DNA of 64,000 bases from Microcystaceae cyanobacterium (GTDB taxonomy: Bacteria; Cyanobacteriota; Cyanobacteriia; Cyanobacteriales; Microcystaceae): contig JBGTGT010000101.1 in NCBI GenBank assembly GCA_041746575.1, forward strand, positions 1 through 64,000, in the 5' to 3' direction. Below the pieces are notes generated by a model. The model worked only from the letters and a program-made list of their open reading frames with translations. It had not been told where the DNA came from and searched no databases. Below, piece by piece: positions 24,010 through 33,453 of this stretch; the first letter of the stretch is position 1, and each line of letters begins with the position of its first letter. The position numbers and the translations under genes are program-made.

Positions 24010-24663
24010 TTAACTTGACTTTTTTAACCTCATTGGCTCAAGCAAGGTTAATTCTCCGTGCTTAATTTGCCAACAGCGATCGGCAATTTCTAATAATTCT
24101 CCTGAATCATGACTCACTACTAATAGAGTCCAATGTTGTTTTAATTTACCTAACAATTTTACCAATTGATGACGCATTGACCAATCGAGTCCTGCGGTGG
24201 GTTCATCTAATAATAATAAATTCGGTTGACGAATGAGTTGAACGGCTAAAGATAAGCGTCTTTGTTGTCCCCCACTCAGCGCATCAGGGGAGGTTTCTAA
24301 TGAGAGATGATCTAAGCCCACTTCTTGTAAAGCGTTTCTAATTTGGTCTCTACGAATATCGGGATGGCCTAAGCGTAATTCCTCCAATAAATTACAGCCG
24401 CAAAAATGCCGTTCAGGAAATTGAAAAACCAATCCAGCAAGCTGTTGTAAATGTAGCGGGTTTAACGCTTGATGATTCCAAAAAATACTGCCTCCTGTGG
24501 GTTCGGCAAATCCCGATAAAATTTCTAAAAGGGTGGTTTTTCCTGAGCCAGAGGGGCCAATAATCAAACCCAATTCTTGAGAGGCGAGTTCGAGGTTAAT
24601 TCCCTTTAAAATCGGTTTAGGGGTCGCTGGGGGATGATAGTGAAGATTTTTCAAATGCAGCAT
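24010..24663 (-). CDS. ABC ATP-binding protein (ECF/CbiO-like)
   Basis: GPSGSGKT, VFQFPE, LSGGQQRR and LLLDEPTAGLD motifs. Confidence 0.9.
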   Translation of the reverse strand: MLHLKNLHYHPPATPKPILKGINLELASQELGLIIGPSGSGKTTLLEILSGFAEPTGGSIFWNHQALNPLHLQQLAGLVFQFPERHFCGCNLLEELRLGHPDIRRDQIRNALQEVGLDHLSLETSPDALSGGQQRRLSLAVQLIRQPNLLLLDEPTAGLDWSMRHQLVKLLGKLKQHWTLLVVSHDSGELLEIADRCWQIKHGELTLLEPMRLKKSS

Positions 24664-24739
24664 TCGAGAATTCAGTTGATTGTTAATAGTAAATCGTTAA
24701 TAATAGTAAACGAGAAAGGCAATTTTATTTTAGGGGATT

Positions 24740-25513
24740 ATGGATATTCATCGTTTACCGGCTCTCTCTGATAACTATATCTTTTTACTGCATGATTCGG
24801 AAAATCACACGGCCGCCGTGGTTGACCCCGCAGAAGCAAAACCGGTATTAGACTGTTTACAAGCTTTAGATGCTGAATTAGTGACTATTTTTAATACTCA
24901 CCATCACGCAGATCATGTAGGGGCAAATAATGAACTAAAACGTCGTTATCCTAATCTTTGCGTTTACGGTGGCGAAGCAGATAAAGGCCGCATTCCCCAT
25001 CAACAAGTGTATCTCAAAGAAGGCGATCGCGTTGAATTTGCCGGACGGGAAGCCACTGTCTTTTTTGTCCCCGGCCATACCTACGGTCATATTGCTTATT
25101 ATTTCCCTCCCACTCAAGAAGGGGAATGGGGAGACCTGTTTTGTGGCGACACATTGTTTGCAGGGGGATGTGGACGATTATTTGAAGGGACACCGACGCA
25201 AATGGTAGATTCTCTCCGTAAAATCCGTAATTTATCCGATTATACTCGAATTTGGTGCGCCCATGAATATACTTTAAGTAACTTGCGTTTTGCCCTTACA
25301 GTAGAGGGGGATAACCCAGACTTACAGGAGCGTTTAGAAAAAGTCAAAATTGCTCGTAATCACGACGAATCGACGATTCCCTCGGCTTTAGGTCTAGAAA
25401 AAGCCACTAATCCTTTTTTACGCTGGGATAGTCCTGCTTTGCAATCGGTGACGCAACATCAAGATCCTGTAAGAGTCTTTGCGAAATTACGAGGAATGAA
25501 GGATAATTTTTAG
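24740..25513 (+). CDS. gloB: Hydroxyacylglutathione hydrolase (glyoxalase II)
   Basis: [32 protein letters not shown] and EKATNPFLR motifs. Confidence 0.95.
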   Translation: MDIHRLPALSDNYIFLLHDSENHTAAVVDPAEAKPVLDCLQALDAELVTIFNTHHHADHVGANNELKRRYPNLCVYGGEADKGRIPHQQVYLKEGDRVEFAGREATVFFVPGHTYGHIAYYFPPTQEGEWGDLFCGDTLFAGGCGRLFEGTPTQMVDSLRKIRNLSDYTRIWCAHEYTLSNLRFALTVEGDNPDLQERLEKVKIARNHDESTIPSALGLEKATNPFLRWDSPALQSVTQHQDPVRVFAKLRGMKDNF

Positions 25514-25592
25514 ATTTTTAACCTAAATTTGCTTAAAAAAGAGAGTTATGTAGAATTAGATCCAGATGACGAGCAGACGTTAGGAGCGATCG

Positions 25593-28115
25593 CTATGCCT
25601 TTCTAATCCGGCAAGCAAAGCACTTATAGGCTTGCTGACCTGATAGATTATCGTAGTATTGGTCATCGACCAATAAGTTTGTCGGTTTATAGAGAGGGGT
25701 TCCTAATTCGATCGCCATTTTTTGTTGAGGACCAAACCAGTTTGGCACAAAAATCGTATCCTCGCGGATGTGTTCCCACAACAAAGCCGTTCCTGTAATA
25801 GCTCCTCTCGGACTTTCCACACGGATCGAGTCCCCATTCTGAATCCCTTGAGCTTGAGCCGTCTTCGGGTGAATTTGAATCAAACGAATGCCATTCATTT
25901 GTTCTCCCGTGTAAGTCCAATGGGTAACCGAATGAAAATGAACCACACTGGAGCGACCGGACATTCCCATCAGGGGATATTGCTGATGAACCGTTCCCAG
26001 CGATCGCTTACCCAATTTGACTTTGGGAGTCAGTGCTTGAGGATTGACGGGATTTTGAACCAGTTCGGCGGTGTACTCAATGGTTGGATGTTGTCCAGTA
26101 ACCTCGGGGTGGGTGTAAAAGCTCGGCAAGGCGTTATGTCCCGCTTTGGCTAACCGTTGTTGCAGTTCAGTTGTGTAGAGTTCTATTTTGCCGCTTGGTG
26201 TCAGAAATCGTTTGCCCTTATTCTTTGGATCGATTGATTCTGCCGCTTCATACCAAGAAGGGTGATCCAAATAGAGCGTACTGACTCCAGGATGCTTAGC
26301 CGTAGGACAAGGATATCGTAACGGTTCCGTTCGTTTCTCCATTCTGGCTTGTGTCATCCCACCCATGCCTGGAGTATATTGCACAAACGTTGACCAGAGC
26401 GTACGATAGTCTTTCCAAGCCAGTGGGAAATGCGTTGTCCAGTATTCAGCTGGATGACTTCGATCAAGTTTGGCTGTCGCATGAGCCAAATCAATCCAGA
26501 TATGCCAGTCTGGTTTAGATTCTCCAACAGGCGGAACAACTTGATTTTGCCAGCGAATCGCGCGATCATCTCGCCGCATATAAACGGTTTCCATCTCAAA
26601 GCCACTTGTGACAGGCAGAATGATATCGGCGTAGTACGCCGACTCCTCCATGAACAATCCGGTATAAACGTAAAAATCTAATTGTTGATAAGCCGCTTGA
26701 ACTTTCTGATTCCCAGCAGAAGCAATTAAGGGATTACCTTGGGTAACCAGTGCTTTTAACTGATAGGGATCGCTGGTCAGAATCGATTCGGCAAAGTAAT
26801 CGGGACCAACAGGTAACGCCACATCTTTTTTCGGTACAGTAGCTTGAATCAGGGGCAAATTTAATCCCCCAGGCCAAGTGTTATGCATAAAGTTGCATCC
26901 CCCCCCAGGAATACCAATATTGCCTGTAATGGCAGCTAGAAAGGTTAAGGTGCGATAGGTGTCAAATGCGCCGAGTTGATGAGAAATCCCGGCATTACAG
27001 AAAATGGCAGCAGGCTTGGTTGTGGCATAAACTGTGGCGAGTTGACGGATTTTGGCTATAGGTACATCAGTGACCTCGGCAGCCCATTGCAGGGTGTAAT
27101 TTTGAGTGACAAGATGATTCTTGAGTTGCTCAAATCCCAATACCCATTTCGCCACAAATTCAGCATCGTAGAGATTGTTGGTAATGATATGGTGCAACAT
27201 TCCCAAAACTAAGGCCAAATCAGTATGGGGTTTGGGTGCAATCCACTCATCTGCTTGTGCGCCTGTCGGTGTCAATCGTGGATCAACTACAATCAACTTT
27301 GCCTTTGTTTGAGTGCGACTTCTGAGAAGATAGGCAAACGTTACAGGATGCGTTTCAGCCTGATTGGTGCCTAAAAAGAGGAAGAGTTTTGCTGCGCCCA
27401 AATCCTCTTTTCCGGTTGCACCGTCAATGCCATAGCCGTTAGTAAAGTTGCCCATCCCCAGTGTCCAGGCTAAGGCATTTCCTCCAGCATCGTTACACAC
27501 TGGTCCTACATCGGTATCATTGGGGCTGCCCAATAGAGTAAAGTATCGACCCACTAATGATCCAGTGCCGCGCGGGAGTCTGCCAGAAGTTTTGTTGGCG
27601 ATCGCTTTTGCTTCTCCCGCATCACGTAATGCCAGAAATTTCGTCGCTATTACCTCGAGAGCTTCATCCCAAGAAATGGGTTCAAATTGAGAATCGGGTG
27701 ATCCCTTATTGCCTGAAACATGCTTCATTGGACGAGTCAGGCGAAATCGGTTATACACCAATTGCGTCATCATAGGTCCTTTGACGCAAAATCCGCCGGC
27801 TTGCACCGGATCATCTGGCTCACCGACGACATCAATAATACGATTGTCTTTGACATGCACTTTCAATCGGCAAAGACTATTGCAAAACTGACAAGCACTA
27901 TCAACGATGCGATCAGGTTGTAGAGCTCCAGATTGCTGTGTAAAGTCAAACTCTAGAGATTGGGATTGGGAGGGCTGAACTGGATAAAAACCGTCTCCAG
28001 AAGCCTCAACAGCATTCTGACTTTTTAATAAGTCTGCGCTCGTCACGGCTGCTGCGCTCAGCGCAACTCCTTTGAGAAAACCTCGACGGGATGTTCTATT
28101 CTTACGAGATGGCAT
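25593..28115 (-). CDS. Tat-exported molybdopterin (bis-MGD) oxidoreductase, DMSO reductase superfamily, catalytic subunit
   Basis: Twin-arginine signal SRRGFLKG...AVEA; CQFCNSLC...FCVKG [4Fe-4S] motif; ISWDEAL, VVDPRLT, YADIILP and C-terminal HFHS...IHPKTA...GDSIRVESPRG. Confidence 0.9.
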   Translation of the reverse strand: MPSRKNRTSRRGFLKGVALSAAAVTSADLLKSQNAVEASGDGFYPVQPSQSQSLEFDFTQQSGALQPDRIVDSACQFCNSLCRLKVHVKDNRIIDVVGEPDDPVQAGGFCVKGPMMTQLVYNRFRLTRPMKHVSGNKGSPDSQFEPISWDEALEVIATKFLALRDAGEAKAIANKTSGRLPRGTGSLVGRYFTLLGSPNDTDVGPVCNDAGGNALAWTLGMGNFTNGYGIDGATGKEDLGAAKLFLFLGTNQAETHPVTFAYLLRSRTQTKAKLIVVDPRLTPTGAQADEWIAPKPHTDLALVLGMLHHIITNNLYDAEFVAKWVLGFEQLKNHLVTQNYTLQWAAEVTDVPIAKIRQLATVYATTKPAAIFCNAGISHQLGAFDTYRTLTFLAAITGNIGIPGGGCNFMHNTWPGGLNLPLIQATVPKKDVALPVGPDYFAESILTSDPYQLKALVTQGNPLIASAGNQKVQAAYQQLDFYVYTGLFMEESAYYADIILPVTSGFEMETVYMRRDDRAIRWQNQVVPPVGESKPDWHIWIDLAHATAKLDRSHPAEYWTTHFPLAWKDYRTLWSTFVQYTPGMGGMTQARMEKRTEPLRYPCPTAKHPGVSTLYLDHPSWYEAAESIDPKNKGKRFLTPSGKIELYTTELQQRLAKAGHNALPSFYTHPEVTGQHPTIEYTAELVQNPVNPQALTPKVKLGKRSLGTVHQQYPLMGMSGRSSVVHFHSVTHWTYTGEQMNGIRLIQIHPKTAQAQGIQNGDSIRVESPRGAITGTALLWEHIREDTIFVPNWFGPQQKMAIELGTPLYKPTNLLVDDQYYDNLSGQQAYKCFACRIRKA

Positions 28116-28240
28116 GGCAAATAAATACTTACTGAGGTCAAGCTATCGTGATTTTAATAACCCATCTTGATGGATAGGCTACATAAACTTTACAACATCT
28201 AAAATAACACTGCTGTTTACGATTCCTTTTTCCCTCTTGG

Positions 28241-29190
28241 TTAAAAATTAAAACTCGTACGCAGATGTCCCACCCATGGGGTTGCATTACGGCTGTCATT
28301 TTCAGGATTTAAAATAACCCAAAATCCGGGGATCAACGCCATAAAATCATTAATTTGCATTGGACCTACTCGCAAGGTTAAAGATGAACCCAGAGGGGTA
28401 CGATACCATAGATGGGGAGTTTGAAGTTGGTTGTTGGAATTGTCATCATAGTTAAGGCGAGTCATAATTGTCCCTGTAAAAGGATCATTATTGACCAAAT
28501 TACTCATTTGTAGGCGCGTTCTGAAAGTATCTTCCCCCGTAAAGCTCGTTTCCATATTGAAGCGAATACGATATCCTAAACTCGTCTGGGTTTCATCTTG
28601 ATTCCCCCCAACGCGATCGCCAAAGGTATCACCGACTGACCAGATAACTTGAGCAAATAAGGTTTTTGTGGTCGAAAATTGATGATCTTCTAGGTAAGTG
28701 ACTCTAGATTCTAGATTATCAATTCTTGTCCCCAATGCTGTCAATTCTTCTTGAAATTCTACCGCTAATCGTTTGAGTTTATCTAAGTCTTCTCGCGAAA
28801 CGGCAACATTTTCTTGTAGCCGTCGTTCCATCGTATTTAAACAAGCACTCAATCCGGCGGCAAACTCCCAGCGAGTCAACGCTCGATTTCCCCGAAAGGT
28901 TCGCTCAGGATAACAATACAGCCATAACGTTCTACAAGGCTTCTTAACGCTTCATAAGCCCAAGCAGTGGGTTCAACATCCCGTAATTCTGAGACGGCAG
29001 TTACTTGAGAAAAGGGCTGATTTGAGCTTTGAAAAGAACGGGATTGGGGCAAATCTTGACGAAATTGGGTAATCGGATTGGGTTCGGCGGAAGTGATTGT
29101 TGCAACACTCGTGAAACTGAAGCTCAACACAACAATAAGGGCTAATCGGTTGAGTTGTCTGAGCTTGAAACTGGTTAACTCACACCCCAT
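28241..29190 (-). pseudogene. SLH-domain cyanobacterial outer-membrane porin (Som/OprB-like), frameshifted and internally deleted
   Basis: QVTAVSELRDVEPTAWAYEALRSLVERYGCI, then a frameshift near 28912; continues TRWEFAAGL...DHQFSTT...; the middle of the barrel is missing before C-terminal VGHLRTSFNF. Confidence 0.85.
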
Positions 29191-29206
29191 AAGCGATACC
29201 TTATAC

Positions 29207-29221
29207 TGATAAAAGTCCTCA
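29207..29221. promoter_or_regulatory. Putative Fur/Zur-type 7-1-7 operator
   Basis: TGATAAAAGTCCTCA matches 11 of 14 positions of TGATAATnATTCTCA; lies just upstream of the porin ATG and next to a TATAAG -10-like hexamer on the minus strand. Confidence 0.4.
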
Positions 29222-29314
29222 TTTCCAGCATAACAGATTCTTTATCTTGAAAAATCAAAGAAATATAAACGGTTTGTTGATTTTTCGGTTCTATCCCAAA
29301 AGCTTGGCTTAAAG

Positions 29315-31417
29315 TTAGGAATGGGGTTCGCCAAATATGACCACTGAGGCGTTTAATTGCTTTAAAACTTCTGTGGTAACATCGCTGACTGCCAATCCTC
29401 CGGCGGTACGACGACGCATCGACCGTAAGATAACCAAATCAAAGGCATGAGAGGCACGAAGAATCACTTCTGCCACGTTTTCATAGGGAACGACTTTAAT
29501 GCGGCATTTAACTGATAAACCAGTCGTCGTCAAAAGCGTCGCTAATTCTTCCTTAAATTCTACAATTTGTTCGGCGGGCGTGCGGCGATCGCAAACATGA
29601 AGTAACGTAATAGAAGCTTGGTTTGCGGCCGCAAATAGTTGAGCGAATTTAATCACTTGAACCGTTTGAGCATTCAGGATCTTAATCGGAATTAAAATAT
29701 TATGAATATTGCGGGGTTCATCTAATAAGCGAACGACAGCAACCGGACAATGAATTGACCAGAAAACATTATCAATTACATTGCCAAATAGCTTAGCGCG
29801 AATTCCCGTTGTCTGACTCCATCCCATAATAATTAAACTGGCATTTTTTTCCCTCGCCGTGCGACTAATTCCTGCGGCAATATCATCATCAATGCGCACT
29901 TTTGGCTGAACATTTACATCCAATTTTGAGGTGATTTCGACCGCTTGTTCAAGCAGGCGATGGCTTTGTCGAAGAGAGCCAGTCACTTCAGGATCATCCA
30001 TATGAACGCTTGCCTTAGCGATAGAAAGAGGAATAACGAGTCCCGACTCATGACGTGCCAAAAAAGAAGCCATTTCAATTAAATAGCGTTGAGTATGAGG
30101 ATTATATATCGGAACAACCACCGTAAAAATAGAGGGTTTTGCCAAGGATTCTGTAGTCGATAACCCGTCTTCTAAGCTGACAGCAGTGGCGTTTTGAGCG
30201 GAAGATAATTGAGTTTTAGGGACAGATAAATAACGAGCAAATTTATTCGTTAAGATGGGACCCAAAATAGACGTGACTAACATTAAAACAATAATACTGT
30301 TAAACACGGATTTGGAAATTAGAGGCTGTCCGTCTGGATTAATCGATTGATAGGCGGCTAAAGCGGCGGCTAAGGTTGCGGCGACTTGAGGTAGGGATAG
30401 TGACCACATGGTTAATAATTCATTTAGCGTGTAGCGATAAATAAATTTAATGACAAAAGCGGCTATAAATTTAGAGAAAATTAAACCGACTACAATACCT
30501 GACATTAGCCAAAATTCGTCGCGCACCGTTGTAACAAAAGCAGGGATATCAATTAATAATCCCATTCCCACAAAGAAAAAGGGAATAAACAATGTTCCTC
30601 CCACAAATTCAATTTTTTCTTCTAACGGCCCCCTTCCCACCACATCATTAACCGCTAAACCCGCTAAAAATGCCCCGACAATTTTATCTACATTAATAAT
30701 CTGTGCGCCGACTGCTGATAGAAAAACTGCTAATAAAACAAATAAAAATTGATTACTTTCCTGATCGCCTGTTTTCTTAAAATATATCCTGCCAGCCCAA
30801 TCTAAACCGAATAAAACTAAAATGGCATAAATGGCTACTGCTGCTAATTGAAGAATTAATTGTTCAGGAGAAAAAGACCCTTGATGAATGGACACGCAAA
30901 CTGCTAATACTAAAAGTGCTGCAATATCGGTAAAAATCGTTGCGCCAATCGTGATGGTTACTGCCTCATTTTTCACCACCCCTAACCGTTGCACAATAGG
31001 ATAACTTAAAAGCGTATGAGAAGACAATAATGAACCGATTAAAATAGACGAATTCCAACTAAAATCGAAAAAACGACCCACTAAAATTCCCGCAATCATC
31101 GGAAAAATAAAGGTCGTAAAACCAAATCCAAAAGATCGATTTTTAGTTCGTCTAAAGTCATCTAAATCTACTTCTAAACCCGCTACAAACATTAAATAAA
31201 TTTTACCAATATCAGACAATAATTTAATGCTTTCTGAGTCGGCATTCAGTAAATTTAAGCCATTTTTACCTAAAAGAACTCCCGCAAATAATAACCCCAC
31301 TAAACCGGGTAAACGAAGCTTTTCAAATAAAGGGGGTAAGGTTAAGACCACCAATAAAAGAATCGTAAAGGAAACAAGCGGATTCTGGGTGAAATGTGTG
31401 AGAAGTTGTTCCATCAT
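29315..31417 (-). CDS. nhaS5: CPA2 cation:proton antiporter with C-terminal USP-like domains (NhaS5-like)
   Basis: LMFVAGLEVD, SSHTLLSYP, GATIFTD, GAFLAGL and PQVAATLAA motifs; USP-like LIIMGWS...FGNVIDNV. Confidence 0.8.
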   Translation of the reverse strand: MMEQLLTHFTQNPLVSFTILLLVVLTLPPLFEKLRLPGLVGLLFAGVLLGKNGLNLLNADSESIKLLSDIGKIYLMFVAGLEVDLDDFRRTKNRSFGFGFTTFIFPMIAGILVGRFFDFSWNSSILIGSLLSSHTLLSYPIVQRLGVVKNEAVTITIGATIFTDIAALLVLAVCVSIHQGSFSPEQLILQLAAVAIYAILVLFGLDWAGRIYFKKTGDQESNQFLFVLLAVFLSAVGAQIINVDKIVGAFLAGLAVNDVVGRGPLEEKIEFVGGTLFIPFFFVGMGLLIDIPAFVTTVRDEFWLMSGIVVGLIFSKFIAAFVIKFIYRYTLNELLTMWSLSLPQVAATLAAALAAYQSINPDGQPLISKSVFNSIIVLMLVTSILGPILTNKFARYLSVPKTQLSSAQNATAVSLEDGLSTTESLAKPSIFTVVVPIYNPHTQRYLIEMASFLARHESGLVIPLSIAKASVHMDDPEVTGSLRQSHRLLEQAVEITSKLDVNVQPKVRIDDDIAAGISRTAREKNASLIIMGWSQTTGIRAKLFGNVIDNVFWSIHCPVAVVRLLDEPRNIHNILIPIKILNAQTVQVIKFAQLFAAANQASITLLHVCDRRTPAEQIVEFKEELATLLTTTGLSVKCRIKVVPYENVAEVILRASHAFDLVILRSMRRRTAGGLAVSDVTTEVLKQLNASVVIFGEPHS

Positions 31418-31576
31418 AGAGTTGGCAATGTTGAATATTGATAGTTATAGCACTTTTCAAAAATAATGGGAGACGTACTTCATCAATAATTGAAGGTTTG
31501 TTGGTAACCCTTGAAAGCTTTATTTCAAAAGACAAAACGAATCGAAAAAACTGACACCATCAACATTCTATGAAAA

Positions 31577-32590
31577 TTAATGATGATCTAAAAAACCTTG
31601 AACCCAAAATTCCTTCAGCCATTCTTGAGTAATTAACGTTAAAGGTAAAGCCAGCAAGAGTCCTAAAAAACCAAAAAAGATAGCAAAGATAATTTGAGAG
31701 AGTAAAGTGACGGCTGGCAACAAAGAGACTTGTTTTTGCATCACCATGGGGGTTAATATATTGCTTTCAACCTGCTGAATCAGAAAATAAAGTAAAACAA
31801 CAGCAATCGCTTTCCAAGGCTTTTCTAGGAGGGCAATCGCCGCAGGCGGAACGACACTAATTGTGGGTCCCAAATTAGGAATAAATGTTAATAAACCAGC
31901 CAGTAAACCATTCGCAAAAGCAAGGGGAACTCCCAAAATCCAAAGACCTATCATGCTCATCGTTGCAATCACAGTCATATTAAAGATGATACCAATAAAC
32001 CAACCGGCGATCGCTTCTTCGCAATGATCGAGGACTTTATCTACTTGACGACGACGTGAGGCGGGAAACATTTTCAAAAAAAGGTGGCGATAAGGAGTAG
32101 GATTTAATAACATCATGAGGGTGAGAACAATCAACAATAACAGATTTAAAGTAATGGTTAAAGTATTAGAAAATAAGGTGAAAAACCGTCCAAATACCAT
32201 TTCTAAATCGAGAGATTGAAGTTGTTGGAAAAGATAATCAATACTCTGAATATTTCGGAAAGCAGGAAAAGTATTTTCAAGGGATATTACCCAATCTTGC
32301 AGACGCGCCGTTACTTGTGGCGTTAAGTAAAAAAATTCTTGTAACTGATTGGCAAAAGGAGGGAAAACAATTACTCCAAAAATTCCCAACATTAATAAGA
32401 CGGCACTCGCTGATATCAATACAGCAACATTCCGAGAAGGTATCCACCGATGTAAACGTTTAACGGCTCGATTTAAGACAACGACACAAACAACGGCAGT
32501 AAAAGTTAACAGTAAAACATTGCGAATTTGCCAACAAATCCACAAACAAATTACAAAAATAATGATCCTAAGCCACTGGCTAAACTTCAC
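31577..32590 (-). CDS. AI-2E family transporter
   Basis: FIPNLGP, IQQVESNILTP and GFLGLLLALPL motifs; likely GTG start at 32590 (ORF track starts at 32668). Confidence 0.85.
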   Translation of the reverse strand: MKFSQWLRIIIFVICLWICWQIRNVLLLTFTAVVCVVVLNRAVKRLHRWIPSRNVAVLISASAVLLMLGIFGVIVFPPFANQLQEFFYLTPQVTARLQDWVISLENTFPAFRNIQSIDYLFQQLQSLDLEMVFGRFFTLFSNTLTITLNLLLLIVLTLMMLLNPTPYRHLFLKMFPASRRRQVDKVLDHCEEAIAGWFIGIIFNMTVIATMSMIGLWILGVPLAFANGLLAGLLTFIPNLGPTISVVPPAAIALLEKPWKAIAVVLLYFLIQQVESNILTPMVMQKQVSLLPAVTLLSQIIFAIFFGFLGLLLALPLTLITQEWLKEFWVQGFLDHH

Positions 32591-32866
32591 CGATTTTACT
32601 TTGTAATAAATAATAAAAGTTACACTAGCTGAAACAGCATAATTATTTTTACTCAAAAACTCATCCATCAGCAGAAATAACTAATGCTCTGTCAAAAGAT
32701 AGATTAATATTATGACGATTTATTTTCGGTCAGAAGGGTGATGTGGAAAAGATAAATGATTTGTTAATTTCAAAATAGAGTTAGATATTCGTGCATTTCG
32801 TGCATACATAACAGTCGCTTAAGATCAGCAAACTTAATCATATTATAGCGTTGGGGAAATAGGAAG

Positions 32867-33382
32867 ATGTCTCAACAATCCTTATCAAATTCGGCCAAAT
32901 TAGAAACAACTTGGGCAAAGTTTCCCACTGAATCAGCGGCCGTTGCTACTCAAAAACAATTAGAAACGAAGGGAATCGCCCCCGAAAAAATTACAATAGA
33001 AACGAAAAACTTTAAACCTCGACTTCAACTGAAAAATACGCAAGCCCTTGCCAACCTCAAAACGGGAGCGATTACGGGAGGAGTAATGGGGGCGTTAGTC
33101 GGTTTATTTCTTAGTTTATTAACCACTAATTTTTTCAGTCTAGGATTAGCCGCCTTAGACAATTTCCGAGCGATTCATTACTTCGCCCCTTTGATGGGGG
33201 GGATCGTGGGAGCAGTGGGTTTCGGTTTAATGACTGAAATTGGAGGGATAGAGGCACCTAAACCTGACGCAGATATTAAAAATAGCGACGATCAACCCTT
33301 AGAGAAAAACTATCTAGTGGTGGTCAAAGGAACAGCCGAAGAAATACAACTCGCTCAATCTATTTTTGGACAAGATCAGTAA
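32867..33382 (+). CDS. Glycine-zipper membrane protein (general-stress-protein-like)
   Basis: GAITGGVMGALVG and GGIVGAVG glycine zippers; YLVVVKGT C-terminal strand. Confidence 0.55.
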   Translation: MSQQSLSNSAKLETTWAKFPTESAAVATQKQLETKGIAPEKITIETKNFKPRLQLKNTQALANLKTGAITGGVMGALVGLFLSLLTTNFFSLGLAALDNFRAIHYFAPLMGGIVGAVGFGLMTEIGGIEAPKPDADIKNSDDQPLEKNYLVVVKGTAEEIQLAQSIFGQDQ

Positions 33383-33453
33383 CTGCAAAAGCAATCAAAC
33401 TTCCTTTCCCAGTTAATCTTTTTGTAAATCGTAAAGTAAGTGGAATCAAACCA

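Noticed and set aside
25687..27923. Many short ORFs overlapping the molybdoenzyme gene, considered as missing partner subunits
   Set aside because: All lie inside the main CDS and none has Fe-S or heme motifs
28116..28240. NtcA site upstream of the molybdoenzyme
   Set aside because: Best match is GTA-N8-GTA on the minus strand, not GTA-N8-TAC
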